DNA of 64,000 nucleotides, taken from assembly GCA_045863395.1 (NCBI GenBank), contig BTVJ01000013.1, positions 32,001-96,000 of the forward strand, given 5' to 3'. Made by a program: the position numbers and the translations under genes. The DNA is from Myxococcales bacterium (lineage in GTDB: Bacteria; Myxococcota_A; UBA9042; JABWCM01; BTVJ01). Below are positions 37,743 to 47,189 of the stretch, one piece after another. Each line of letters begins with the position of its first letter. Position 1 is the stretch's first letter. The notes under the pieces are model-generated. The model was not told the origin of the DNA and made no database searches. It saw nothing but the letters and a program-made list of their open reading frames with translations.

Positions 37743-39020
37743 TCAGAGCTCGTGGGGGTTCTCGCCAGTCTCGGGCGTCGACAGCGGCACTACGGTCAAG
37801 AGGTCGAGCTGCCGCCGCACGTAGTCGCGTTTGGCCGGGTCTCCGCTCTGGTAGAGATCCACCAGGGCGTCGATGCGCGCCTGGACCACGTCGTCGAAGC
37901 GCTGGATCCACGGCCACACCGGGCCCTCGTCGTGGCAGCCGGCCAGCCGATCCGCCATGTCGCAGTAGAGCCGCAGGTGGAAGTGCTCGGCGTGGGGCGA
38001 GCTGTTGTGCGGCTGCTGGAGCGCCTGGTCGGCGCGCACGATGAGGTCCGGGTCCGCCCCGGACCGGATGGCATAGTCGAGGAGCAGCTCCTTGAGCCAG
38101 TCCGCGACGAAGATGTACTGGACCTGCACGGCGGGGTCCGTGAGCAGGGCCTCCACGAAGGCCCAGTTGCGAGGAGAGTCCAGATAGACCGGGGGGGTGC
38201 GTCCAACGCTGACCCCGTCGGCGTCGAAGGTGACGTAGTCGTCGCCCGGCGGTGGCAGCGGGCGCCCCATGCGGTCGCAGAGGTAGAAGCCCAGGTCCGC
38301 GTCGCGTCCCGTGTTGTGGCTGACGCTGGGCGGGATGTCGCCCCCGCTCTGGCGGCTCAGGTTCCCGATGAGGAGCTGGCTCCCCTTCCACCGCTTGGCC
38401 ACGGCGGCGCCCGCGCGGGTGAGCGCCCCGACCAGGCCGTCGGTGCCGTAGTGGAAGCCGCGCGAGAGGGTCACACCACGCACCCGCCAGCCGTCCCCCT
38501 CCCGGGGCACGGGCTTTCCGTTGACGAGGATCCCGGTGGTCGCGTTGCCGACGGACACGCTGGCGTCCGGGTTGCCGGAGCGATCCTCGGGGATGTGGCG
38601 CCACTTCTCGGAGCCGCCGCGTGCCGGGACTGCGTCCCGCGCTCTGCGGATGGCCGCCGCGACCGTGTTTGCGTCCGGGATGACCAGCTCCGAATAGGAT
38701 GCCTCGTCGGGAGCGTCCAGCGGGGCGACGCCCAGCTCTCCGCCGGGAGCGGCCAGCGCCGCGAGCACGGCGTCCGTGGCGGCGGGCGCGGCGGGCGCGG
38801 CGGGCACGGCGAGTGCAGCGGGCGCAACTCCCTCCGCGCCCGATCCCGGCGCGCTCCCAGAGGGCGAGCGCGGAGGCACCGAGGGGCGGGCCAGGGCGGG
38901 CAGGGGCGCCAGGCTCGCCGCGAGGACCACCTCGGCCGCGCTGGCGGCGCCAGGGCCGGCGTCACGACAGGCGCAGAGCAGGCACAGGGCGGTGGCAAGG
39001 AGAGCCTTCACGGCGAGCAT
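37743..39020 (-). CDS. Penicillin-insensitive murein endopeptidase (MepA-like) lipoprotein
   Basis: SVG...G.L.NG, YGT, IGNLSRQSGG, SHNTGRDAD, HAEHFHLRLYC (LAS-type Zn ligands). Confidence 0.85.
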   Translation of the reverse strand: MLAVKALLATALCLLCACRDAGPGAASAAEVVLAASLAPLPALARPSVPPRSPSGSAPGSGAEGVAPAALAVPAAPAAPAATDAVLAALAAPGGELGVAPLDAPDEASYSELVIPDANTVAAAIRRARDAVPARGGSEKWRHIPEDRSGNPDASVSVGNATTGILVNGKPVPREGDGWRVRGVTLSRGFHYGTDGLVGALTRAGAAVAKRWKGSQLLIGNLSRQSGGDIPPSVSHNTGRDADLGFYLCDRMGRPLPPPGDDYVTFDADGVSVGRTPPVYLDSPRNWAFVEALLTDPAVQVQYIFVADWLKELLLDYAIRSGADPDLIVRADQALQQPHNSSPHAEHFHLRLYCDMADRLAGCHDEGPVWPWIQRFDDVVQARIDALVDLYQSGDPAKRDYVRRQLDLLTVVPLSTPETGENPHEL

Positions 39021-39124
39021 GGTCCTGGATAGCGCCGCGCCGGTCAAGGTCACGTTCCACGGGGCCGTAGCGGCGGACGCCGACGTCGTGTATGCTGCCG
39101 CGCCCCTAGACGAGGAGGGCTGCG

Positions 39125-40528
39125 ATGCGACAGGCGCTCTGCCTGATGTTGGTGCTGGCCGCGTGCGACCGTGGGACCATCGAGGCGGACGCCGAGGCAG
39201 GCCAGGACGTGGTGGCATCACCCGACACGGGGGCCGCGGATACGGCCGCGACGGAAGACGCACCGGCAGAGGACGACGCGGGTGCGGACGGCGCGACGTC
39301 GAGCCCCGACGCGGCCCCAGACACAGGCACGGACGCTGGCTCCCCCGACGTGGGTACCGGCTCCCCCGACGCAGGCAGCGGGTGCCCCGAGCCAACGGGA
39401 GAGCGCCCCCAGGCCATGGGGGAGCTGGACGGCGTGGTCGACGAGGCCCGCGGGCGCTTGGTGATGTTCGGTGGGGACGTCGGCTTCCCGGTCCAGTGCC
39501 AGTCGAAGCCGGACTACAACGACCAGACCTGGGAGCTGGACCTCCAGTGCATGCAGTGGCACCGCCTGAACACGCTGGACGAGCCGGAGCCGCGCGGGAG
39601 GCACCTGGCGGTGCTCGACGAGGAGAAGGGGCGCATGCTGATCTTCGGCGGGCGCTGGCGCAAGAAGGACACGTCGGGGGACTACACGCTCTTCCAGGAC
39701 GTGTGGGCCTTCGACCTGGCTGCTCACACCTGGACCGACGTGACGCCCAAGACCGCCGGACCCAAGGCGCGGTGGGGTACGACGGGCGCCTTCGATGCCA
39801 AGCGGCGCCGCCTGATCGTGTTTGCCGGCAACACGGGGCCGAGCGGCGCCATCTACCAGCCCACCAGCGACACGTGGGCCCTCGACGTGGACAAGGGCAC
39901 CTGGTCCAAGGTGGACGGGGCCGGTCCCCCCGCCCGCCTCTTCGCGGACGCGGTGATCGACGCGGACGGCGACCGCATGATCGTGTTCGGGGGCACGGCC
40001 GACTTCTTCGGGCCCTTCTTGAACGACACGTGGGCGCTCGATCTCGCCACGGACACCTGGACCGAGCTGCACGGCGGCGGCAAGTCGGCGCCGGAGCCGC
40101 GGATCCGGCCAGAGCTGGTCATCGACGCGGAGCGGGGGCGCCTCGTCCTCTTCGCGGGTCACGACGACGGCGCCGTCGGGAACCGCAACGACGTCTGGAC
40201 CTTCAACCTTCAGAGCGCGATCTGGACCCGCAGGTCGGCCGGTGACGAGCAGGACCCGACCGCCCCGGCCGCCGCGTTCTGCGAGTTCCCCCCCAACTTC
40301 GTGGTCACGGATCGCGACGCCCCGGAGCGCAGGGAGGCCCACTCCATGCTCGGCTGGGCAGGGGGCGACGCGGCGGTCGTGTTCGGGGGCAAGACGGACT
40401 GCGGCATCATCGACGACCTGTGGACCCTGTCCTTGGCGGACCTGTCATGGACGGAGCAGATCGAGGCGACCGTGGGGGAGTCCTGCATTCGGGCCGGAGG
40501 CGAGGGATGTCACGACTTGTGCTTCTGA
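39125..40528 (+). CDS. Kelch-repeat beta-propeller lipoprotein
   Basis: Lipobox LAAC; repeated (L/M)xxFGG...DxWxxDL...W blades. Confidence 0.85.
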   Translation: MRQALCLMLVLAACDRGTIEADAEAGQDVVASPDTGAADTAATEDAPAEDDAGADGATSSPDAAPDTGTDAGSPDVGTGSPDAGSGCPEPTGERPQAMGELDGVVDEARGRLVMFGGDVGFPVQCQSKPDYNDQTWELDLQCMQWHRLNTLDEPEPRGRHLAVLDEEKGRMLIFGGRWRKKDTSGDYTLFQDVWAFDLAAHTWTDVTPKTAGPKARWGTTGAFDAKRRRLIVFAGNTGPSGAIYQPTSDTWALDVDKGTWSKVDGAGPPARLFADAVIDADGDRMIVFGGTADFFGPFLNDTWALDLATDTWTELHGGGKSAPEPRIRPELVIDAERGRLVLFAGHDDGAVGNRNDVWTFNLQSAIWTRRSAGDEQDPTAPAAAFCEFPPNFVVTDRDAPERREAHSMLGWAGGDAAVVFGGKTDCGIIDDLWTLSLADLSWTEQIEATVGESCIRAGGEGCHDLCF

Positions 40529-41097
40529 TCGCGCTGGCCCTCGGTGCGTGCGAGCGGGGCGTGATCCCCGAGGACGCCGGCGCGCAGGCGGGCTCGACGG
40601 GTCAGGGGCTGGGGGGAGACACCAGCGACCCCGAGGGCGACGGCGCAGGCGGCGCGGACACCGTGGTCGGCGAGGACGCCCCGGTGGACGCCGCAGCGCC
40701 CGAGGCCGCCTTGGAGGTCGGCACCAACGTCACGGGCAAGAACACTCCCTCGGCCTTCACGCCGCTCCCCGAGGGGGCGGACATCCAGGTCGAGCTGGGC
40801 TTCCAGGGCGCCTACATGGTCGTGCTCGCGTTCCGCTCCAGGGGCTACCCCACCAAGAAGCTGACCGTCCGGGGGAGCGTGGGAGCGAGCGGAAAGACCC
40901 TCGGAGCCATCGCGCTGAAGGGCAAGACGACCATGAAGGCGCCCGACGGGTGGTCCTACTTCTACAACCTGTTCGTGATCACGGAGGGCTGGGAGGAGCT
41001 GATCGACGGGCCCGCCACGGCCACCGTCACCCTGGAGGACGGGGACGGCGCCGTGCTGGTGAGCCGGTCGGTGAAGGGGACCCTCAGGGGTCCGTAG
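40507..41097 (+). CDS. Hypothetical lipoprotein
   Basis: Lipobox LGAC, acidic stalk, LEVGT...FTPLPEG..I.VELGFQG; overlaps the Kelch gene end. Confidence 0.7.
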   Translation: MSRLVLLIALALGACERGVIPEDAGAQAGSTGQGLGGDTSDPEGDGAGGADTVVGEDAPVDAAAPEAALEVGTNVTGKNTPSAFTPLPEGADIQVELGFQGAYMVVLAFRSRGYPTKKLTVRGSVGASGKTLGAIALKGKTTMKAPDGWSYFYNLFVITEGWEELIDGPATATVTLEDGDGAVLVSRSVKGTLRGP

Positions 41098-42232
41098 GCG
41101 CGGGCTCACCCCTGTCCGCCGGGAACGCACGGTCCACGTCGTCGCCCTCCGCCTCGCGCATCAGGCGCTCCATCTCCCTCTGGCGGGTCTCCACGTCGTA
41201 CTGGCTCCGCTTCGCCCGCTCCATGTACTTGATGAACGACGGTACGGCCACCGCCGCCAGGACCCCGATGATCGGGATGGCTGCCGTCGCGCCCTCCAGG
41301 TCGAAGCGCGCCTCCAGGTGCCGCCCGCTGCGCTCCAGCACGAGCTTGCTGCGCAGGTCCTTGACCGCCTGGTTCGACAGGATGGCCATGAGGGCCTCGC
41401 CCGTGTCGCCGGACCTCTTGAGGGCCTCCTTCTGGGACTCGACGAGGCCGAGACCCGTGGCGATGAGGTCCTCCAGCTTCTTATTGAGTGAGTCCAGCGC
41501 CTGGGGCTCCCCCTGCACGATGAAGCGCCAGCGGCCCTCCGAGTCCACGGCGACGGCGACGCCCTCCAGCGCCTCGCCGAGCGTCACCGCCGCGTAGGCC
41601 TCCGCGGGCACCCGCGAGAGGTCCGCGGTGAACGAGAGCGGCGCCGCCCCAATGGCACCCAGCAGCTCGCCATGGCGCTTGGCGGGCAGACCGCTGCTCT
41701 TGGCTACCGACTCGGCGGTCCCCTTGTGGACGTCGATGACCCGGCGCACGCCCCGGTCGTTCCCGATGATGACCTTGCCGTCCAGCACGGCGTAGCCGAC
41801 CGGCCCGACCTCGTAGATGGTCACGCCCTCGTAGGTGTCGCCCTCCCCCTTCGGGGCCCCGACCAGGTCTGCGTCGAGGATCGCCGCCACTGCCTCGTCC
41901 GCCATGGACGCGAAGCCCGTCACGCGGCGCACCTCGTGGACGTGGAAGCCGACCCGGTCGAGCAACAGCTCCTTGACCTCGGCCTCCACGGCGGGGTCGC
42001 CCCAGAGCCCACCCTTCGGCCACTCCTCGAAGGCGTCGCCCAGCCACGGCTGCATGAAGAGGCGCCTCATGGGGCCCACGTCCACGCGGACCATCATCTC
42101 CGCGTCCCCGGGGACGAGCGCGTCCGCGAAGGTCGCGCCGCGCGAGCCGCAGGATGAGCGCAGCCCGAGGGCGAAGACGACGACCGTCAAGACCAGGAAG
42201 CCGCCGACGACCAACCAACCCTTCCGTTCCAT
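41084..42232 (-). CDS. Membrane protein with C-terminal type IV pilin-like helix
   Basis: N-terminal TM, soluble domain, then AIPIIGVLAAVAVPSFIKYMERAK; start codon overlaps the permease stop codon. Confidence 0.7.
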   Translation of the reverse strand: MERKGWLVVGGFLVLTVVVFALGLRSSCGSRGATFADALVPGDAEMMVRVDVGPMRRLFMQPWLGDAFEEWPKGGLWGDPAVEAEVKELLLDRVGFHVHEVRRVTGFASMADEAVAAILDADLVGAPKGEGDTYEGVTIYEVGPVGYAVLDGKVIIGNDRGVRRVIDVHKGTAESVAKSSGLPAKRHGELLGAIGAAPLSFTADLSRVPAEAYAAVTLGEALEGVAVAVDSEGRWRFIVQGEPQALDSLNKKLEDLIATGLGLVESQKEALKRSGDTGEALMAILSNQAVKDLRSKLVLERSGRHLEARFDLEGATAAIPIIGVLAAVAVPSFIKYMERAKRSQYDVETRQREMERLMREAEGDDVDRAFPADRGEPAPTDP

Positions 42233-44226
42233 CAGTCCTCCAATGGGGCACGCCACACGAGGGCCAGCCCCGACAGGAGCAGCGCGACGCCCGCCACGAT
42301 GGCGAGAGGAGCCGGCATGCCGCTCGCGGGGTCGACCATACCCCATTCCGGGGCGAGCTGCGATGCCAGAAGCAGGGTGCCGTTGCTCGCGAAGTGGAAG
42401 AGCACCGGGGGCGCGAGGGAGCGGGAGCGGACGGCGAGGACGCCCGCGATGAGGCCGAGGGCGAAAGTGCCGGCGAAGCGGTACAGGGACAGGTGGAGCA
42501 CGCCGAAGAGCAGCGCGGAGACGACCACCGCCCCAGCGCGAGGCCGGGTGCCCCCGAAGCCGCTCAGGATGAAGCCGCGGAACGCGACCTCCTCGCACAC
42601 CGCCGGGGTGAATGCGAGGACGAAGACCAGGACCGCGGCGCCGAGGGGGCCCTTGGGGACGTCCAGCAGGCCCTCCAGCGTCTCGACCAGCTCCTTCGGG
42701 ACCGGGAAGAAGCGCGACTGGAGCGGCACGACCAGAGCCGACACCACGGCCCAGGCCCCCAGCCCGCAGAGCAGGGCGGCGAGCAAGGCGCGGGGGCTCG
42801 GGCGGCGCAGGCGGAGGGTGGTGCGCAGGTCCACGCGGGCGGTGACGGCGAAGAGGACCGTGGCCGGGAGGAGCAGGCCCCACAGGGTCGCGGCGACACC
42901 GCCGAGCAGGTGGAGCTGCTGGAGCAAAGAGCCCACGTAGTAGAGGAGTACGAACAGCACCGCGAACAGGGCCAAGGCCTCGGCGGCGGACGGGGTGGGC
43001 CGCATGGGGGCGCGCTCCCGGCTGAACAGCGGGCGGAGCCCCACGGTCTCGCCCAGCAGGACCGGCGCGCTCCGAAACAGGCGGGCGGCCAAGGCGAGCA
43101 CCAATGCGGTATAGAGGGCGGTCGAGGCGAGGACGAGGAACACCGCGTCCGGCGAGACGCGCCCCTGGAGGAGCCCCTTGGCGAGCAGCGCCAGGTTGAC
43201 GGCGGGGACCAGGGCCGCGGCGGCGCTCAGCTCCATTCCGGGGAGCTGGGCCAGCATGGCGGGCACGACGCAGGCGAGGTACAGCGGCGTCAGCAGGTGC
43301 TGCGCCTCCTTGTAGCTCCTGGCCAGCACGGCGACGGTCATCATCAGGGCGCTGAAGAACAGGCCCATGGCGACGACGGTCAGGAACAGGAGCGCCAGGG
43401 TGCCCGCCGAGAGAGAGAGCTCCAGACCGCCAACCATGGCGGTCGCCTGGCCAAAGACCAGCCCGATGGAGCCGATGTTGACCGCCCCGGCGAGCAGCGC
43501 CATGACGCACACGGCCAGGAACTTGCCGGCGACGATGTCGGTGGAGCGGATGGGCGCGGTCAGCAGCGTCTGGAGGGTCCCCCGCTCTTTCTCACCGGCG
43601 GTCAGGTCCACCGCGGGGTGGAAGGCGCCCAGGATCACCGTGAGGATCAGCAGCAGCGGCAACACCTGGCTGAGCACGAACGCGCCCATCTGCGCCGGGA
43701 GAGCGGCGTTTCGGACCGTGACCTCCAGCGGGCGGGCGAAGGTGGGTGGGAGGCCCCGGAGGGTGAGGCGTCTTTCAAGGATATCGGTGCGCCAGGATCG
43801 GAGCGCCTCGTCGACCCGCTCCTGGGCCAGGCGCGAGAGGTCTCGGGTCTCGTCCACCACGAGGGTCGCCGGGGCGGTGCCGTCGACCAGCGCAGCAGAG
43901 AAGCCGGGCTCCAGCACGAGCACCACGTCCGCCTCTTCGGCAGCCAGGATGGCCTCCGGTGTGCCCTCTGGAGGAGACACACTCTCCAGCCCCTCCACGG
44001 CACCCAGGGCCTCCACCAGGCCCTGCGGCGGCGGCTCGCCGAGGAGCGCGACCCGGGCGGTGCGCGACTCCAGCTCCGCCTTCTGGGCCCCGGCCACCTG
44101 GACGACGAGCAGCAGCAGCGCCGGGTAGAGCACCACGGGCAGCAGCACCATCAGCGCGACGGAGCGGCGGTCGCGCAGCGTCTCCCGGAGCTCTTTGGCG
44201 AGGATGATCCGGGCGAGGCGGCTCAC
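42232..44226 (-). CDS. ABC-2 permease (NatB-like) fused to CPBP/Abi intramembrane protease
   Basis: KELRETLRDRRS, DLTAGEKERGTLQTLL, GKFLAV; C-terminal PAVCEEVAFRG, FGVLH, FHFASN. Confidence 0.9.
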   Translation of the reverse strand: MSRLARIILAKELRETLRDRRSVALMVLLPVVLYPALLLLVVQVAGAQKAELESRTARVALLGEPPPQGLVEALGAVEGLESVSPPEGTPEAILAAEEADVVLVLEPGFSAALVDGTAPATLVVDETRDLSRLAQERVDEALRSWRTDILERRLTLRGLPPTFARPLEVTVRNAALPAQMGAFVLSQVLPLLLILTVILGAFHPAVDLTAGEKERGTLQTLLTAPIRSTDIVAGKFLAVCVMALLAGAVNIGSIGLVFGQATAMVGGLELSLSAGTLALLFLTVVAMGLFFSALMMTVAVLARSYKEAQHLLTPLYLACVVPAMLAQLPGMELSAAAALVPAVNLALLAKGLLQGRVSPDAVFLVLASTALYTALVLALAARLFRSAPVLLGETVGLRPLFSRERAPMRPTPSAAEALALFAVLFVLLYYVGSLLQQLHLLGGVAATLWGLLLPATVLFAVTARVDLRTTLRLRRPSPRALLAALLCGLGAWAVVSALVVPLQSRFFPVPKELVETLEGLLDVPKGPLGAAVLVFVLAFTPAVCEEVAFRGFILSGFGGTRPRAGAVVVSALLFGVLHLSLYRFAGTFALGLIAGVLAVRSRSLAPPVLFHFASNGTLLLASQLAPEWGMVDPASGMPAPLAIVAGVALLLSGLALVWRAPLED

Positions 44227-44945
44227 GGCGCCACCGCCCGCAAGAACGCCTCGGTGAGGGAGCGGGCCCCCGTGGGGGCGAGCAGCTCATCCAGGGTGCC
44301 CGTCGCCAGGAGCCGCCCCTCGTGGAGGATGCCGATGCGGTCGCAGAGCAGCTCCGCCTCCGCCATGACGTGGGTGGAGAACAAGATCGCCTTGCCCCGG
44401 TCGCGCTCCGCCCGCAGCAGGTCGAGGATGTACTGGGCGGACAGGATGTCGAGGCCGCTGGTCGGCTCGTCGAGCACGAGCACCGGCGGGTCGTGGACCA
44501 GCGCCCGCGCGATGGACACCCGCTGCTGCTGCCCCGTGGACAGCTTGCCGCAGTGGCGGTCGCGGAACGAGCCCATGTCCAACGTCGCCACCAGCGCGTC
44601 GATGCGTGCCTCCAAGCGCGCCCGGGGCATTGCGTGGAGCTCCCCGAAGAAGCGCAGCAGCTCCGCCGGGGTCAGGCGCGCGTAGAGGCCGGTGTCGCCG
44701 GTCAGGTAGCCCAAGGAGCGGCGCACGTCGAGCGGGGAGGCGACGACGTCGTGGCCAGCGACGCGTGCGTGGCCGGCGGTCGGCGCGATCAGCGTCGCGA
44801 GCACCCGCAGCGCCGTGGTCTTGCCCGCGCCGTTCGGGCCGAGGAGGCCGAAGATCTGCCCCGCGGGGACCTGGAAGCTCAGATCGCGGACCGCGACGAC
44901 CTCTCCGAAGGTGCGCAGCAGGCCGTTGACCTCGATGCCCATCAT
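44223..44945 (-). CDS. ABC transporter ATP-binding protein (NatA-like)
   Basis: GPNGAGKTT, LSTGQQQR, LDEPTSGLD, STH. Confidence 0.92.
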   Translation of the reverse strand: MMGIEVNGLLRTFGEVVAVRDLSFQVPAGQIFGLLGPNGAGKTTALRVLATLIAPTAGHARVAGHDVVASPLDVRRSLGYLTGDTGLYARLTPAELLRFFGELHAMPRARLEARIDALVATLDMGSFRDRHCGKLSTGQQQRVSIARALVHDPPVLVLDEPTSGLDILSAQYILDLLRAERDRGKAILFSTHVMAEAELLCDRIGILHEGRLLATGTLDELLAPTGARSLTEAFLRAVAP

Positions 44946-45034
44946 GCGCGCATGGTGGGCGGCGGGTGGGGGGATCGTCAAGTCGCGCCAGGATTTGGCG
45001 CCGGACCTGGACCTTGCGGTAGACTCGCCCCGCC

Positions 45035-47131
45035 ATGGCTGCACACCGCGTCCGCCCAGCGCTCCTCATCGCCCTCGCCGTCGCGGCGGGCATCGCCGCC
45101 CTCGTGGTGTGGCTCGCCCCGGGAGGGATGCGGTCGACGGGGGCCCCTCCGCGTCGCGTGGCGCACGCGGAGCCCGAGGACGCCGGTGCCGTGGAGGAGA
45201 CGGTCCCCGTGCTGGTGGGCCGGGTGGTCGCCGCGCCGACCAACCGGGGCGTGCCCGGGGCGACGGTCCTGCTCGACGGCCTCGAGGTGGCGGTCACGGA
45301 CGCCGAGGGGCGCTTCACGGTCGTCGATGCCACCGAGGGGCGTTACGTCCTCACCGCCCGCGCCGATGGCTACGTGGGTCCGCCCCCTACCGGGGCTCCC
45401 CCGCTGGAGGTGCGCATCGAGCCGGGCCTGACCGTCAGCGGCGTGCGTGTCACCCTCTACTCTGGAGCGTCCATCGGCGGGCGCGTGGTCGCGGCGGGCA
45501 AGCCCGTGGCGGGGGCGGCGCTGTCGCTCTACTACGACGCCGCCCCCGGCGCCCGAGAGCCCTTCGTCACCGAGGCGACCGCGCGCACGGACGCGAGCGG
45601 CGGCTTCACCCTCTGGCCGGTGCACCCGGGGCGCGTGCGCGTGCTGGCCGAGGCGGACGGCTGGTCCATGGGGGAGAGCGACGAGGTGGTGGCCGAGTCG
45701 GGCGACCCGGTGACCGACGTCCTCATCGATCTCGGCGCGTCCGCGGCGCTGGCTGGGGTGGTGCTCGACGTTCAGGGGCGCCCGATCACCGGAGCCGAGG
45801 TGTGGGTGACCTCCACGAGGACCGGGCGGCGGAACACGACGACGGACGGCTCGGGGCGGTTCGAGCTGCGCGCCCTGCCGGCGGGGGCCGCCGAGGTCCA
45901 CGCCCGGGCCAGCGGGTACGAGGACGCCCCGGTCCAGGCGCTGGAGCTCGGCGCCAACGAGGAGACGCGGGTGGAGCTGCGCCTGGCACAGGCGCCGGGC
46001 TTCGGCGGGCTGGTCGTGTCGCCGGGGGGGCAGCCCGTCGCCGAGGCGGTGGTCACCTGGATGCCGGAGTCCTCGGCCGCCATGCACCGCCGCCCGGGAG
46101 GCCTGGCGGGGATGAGGGCGGTCACCGACGCCAAGGGGCGCTTCTGGGTGCGCCAGGTGCCGACGGAGCCCGTCGTCATGGTCGCCACCCACCGGGAGTA
46201 CGCGGCCTCGGAGGAGCGCACCGTCCCCCTCGGCGTCCGCGAGGTCACCCTCACCCTGAGCCCCGGCGGGTCGCTGTCGGGGCGGGTCATCGACGCGGTG
46301 GGGCGGCGCCCGGTCACCACCTACGAGGTGGCCATGGTGTCCTTCAAGTCACGAGACGGCGCGGTGCAGGGGGGCGGCGGCTTCGAGCGCCTGACCGTGG
46401 CGGACCCGGACGGCCGCTTCCAGTTCACGGGCCTGACGCCGGGCACCTACGCCATCTCGGTGCTGGCAGACGGGTTCCGCGCGGAGCGCGTGGACAACAT
46501 CGAGGTGTGGGCCGGCCAGGAGACGTCGGACGTGGAGGTGCGGCTCCACAGGGGGGGCGCAGTGACCGGGCTGATCGTGGACGCGGTGTCCGGGGCGCCG
46601 ATCCCCCAGGCCTACGTCACCGTCACGACGCTCTACGAGCAAGGCTACCGGCGCGGAGGCCCGGGAGCGCTCACGAACGGTGAGGGCCGCTTCCGCATGG
46701 AGGGGCTGCCGGAGGGGCCACGCTCCCTCAACGTCCGTGCGCGCGGCTACGAGAGCCTGATCTCCAGCGGCCACGTGGTGCCCTCGGACGGCGAGCGGGA
46801 CATCGGCGTGATCCGGCTCGCGCCCGAGAAGCCCGGGGAGCGCGGCGTCACGAAGTTCAGCGGCATCGGCACGGTGCTCCGCGAGCAGGACGGCCGCATC
46901 TACGCCGCACGAATCATCGAGGACAGCCCGGCGGCGGCCATGGGCCTCGAGACCGACACGGAGATCCTGTCCGTGGACGGCCGCGACCTGTCGAGCATGA
47001 CCATGACGGAGGCAGTGGAGCGCATCCGGGGCCAGGAGGGCTCCGACGTCACGCTCATGGTGCTGCGCCCCGGCGCCGCGGTACCGGAGCGGATCCTGAT
47101 CACCCGCGGCCAGGTCACGATGCAGCGGTGA
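45035..47131 (+). CDS. Carboxypeptidase-regulatory-like repeat protein with C-terminal PDZ domain
   Basis: Repeated GRVV...PVxGA.V...TDxxGRF units; FSGIG...DSPAA...ILSVDG...IRGQEGSDV PDZ. Confidence 0.88.
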   Translation: MAAHRVRPALLIALAVAAGIAALVVWLAPGGMRSTGAPPRRVAHAEPEDAGAVEETVPVLVGRVVAAPTNRGVPGATVLLDGLEVAVTDAEGRFTVVDATEGRYVLTARADGYVGPPPTGAPPLEVRIEPGLTVSGVRVTLYSGASIGGRVVAAGKPVAGAALSLYYDAAPGAREPFVTEATARTDASGGFTLWPVHPGRVRVLAEADGWSMGESDEVVAESGDPVTDVLIDLGASAALAGVVLDVQGRPITGAEVWVTSTRTGRRNTTTDGSGRFELRALPAGAAEVHARASGYEDAPVQALELGANEETRVELRLAQAPGFGGLVVSPGGQPVAEAVVTWMPESSAAMHRRPGGLAGMRAVTDAKGRFWVRQVPTEPVVMVATHREYAASEERTVPLGVREVTLTLSPGGSLSGRVIDAVGRRPVTTYEVAMVSFKSRDGAVQGGGGFERLTVADPDGRFQFTGLTPGTYAISVLADGFRAERVDNIEVWAGQETSDVEVRLHRGGAVTGLIVDAVSGAPIPQAYVTVTTLYEQGYRRGGPGALTNGEGRFRMEGLPEGPRSLNVRARGYESLISSGHVVPSDGERDIGVIRLAPEKPGERGVTKFSGIGTVLREQDGRIYAARIIEDSPAAAMGLETDTEILSVDGRDLSSMTMTEAVERIRGQEGSDVTLMVLRPGAAVPERILITRGQVTMQR

Positions 47132-47189
47132 CACGGCAGCGTGCAAAGAAAGTTGGCAGCGCCCGGGGATGCGGCCATACTCGGCGGCC

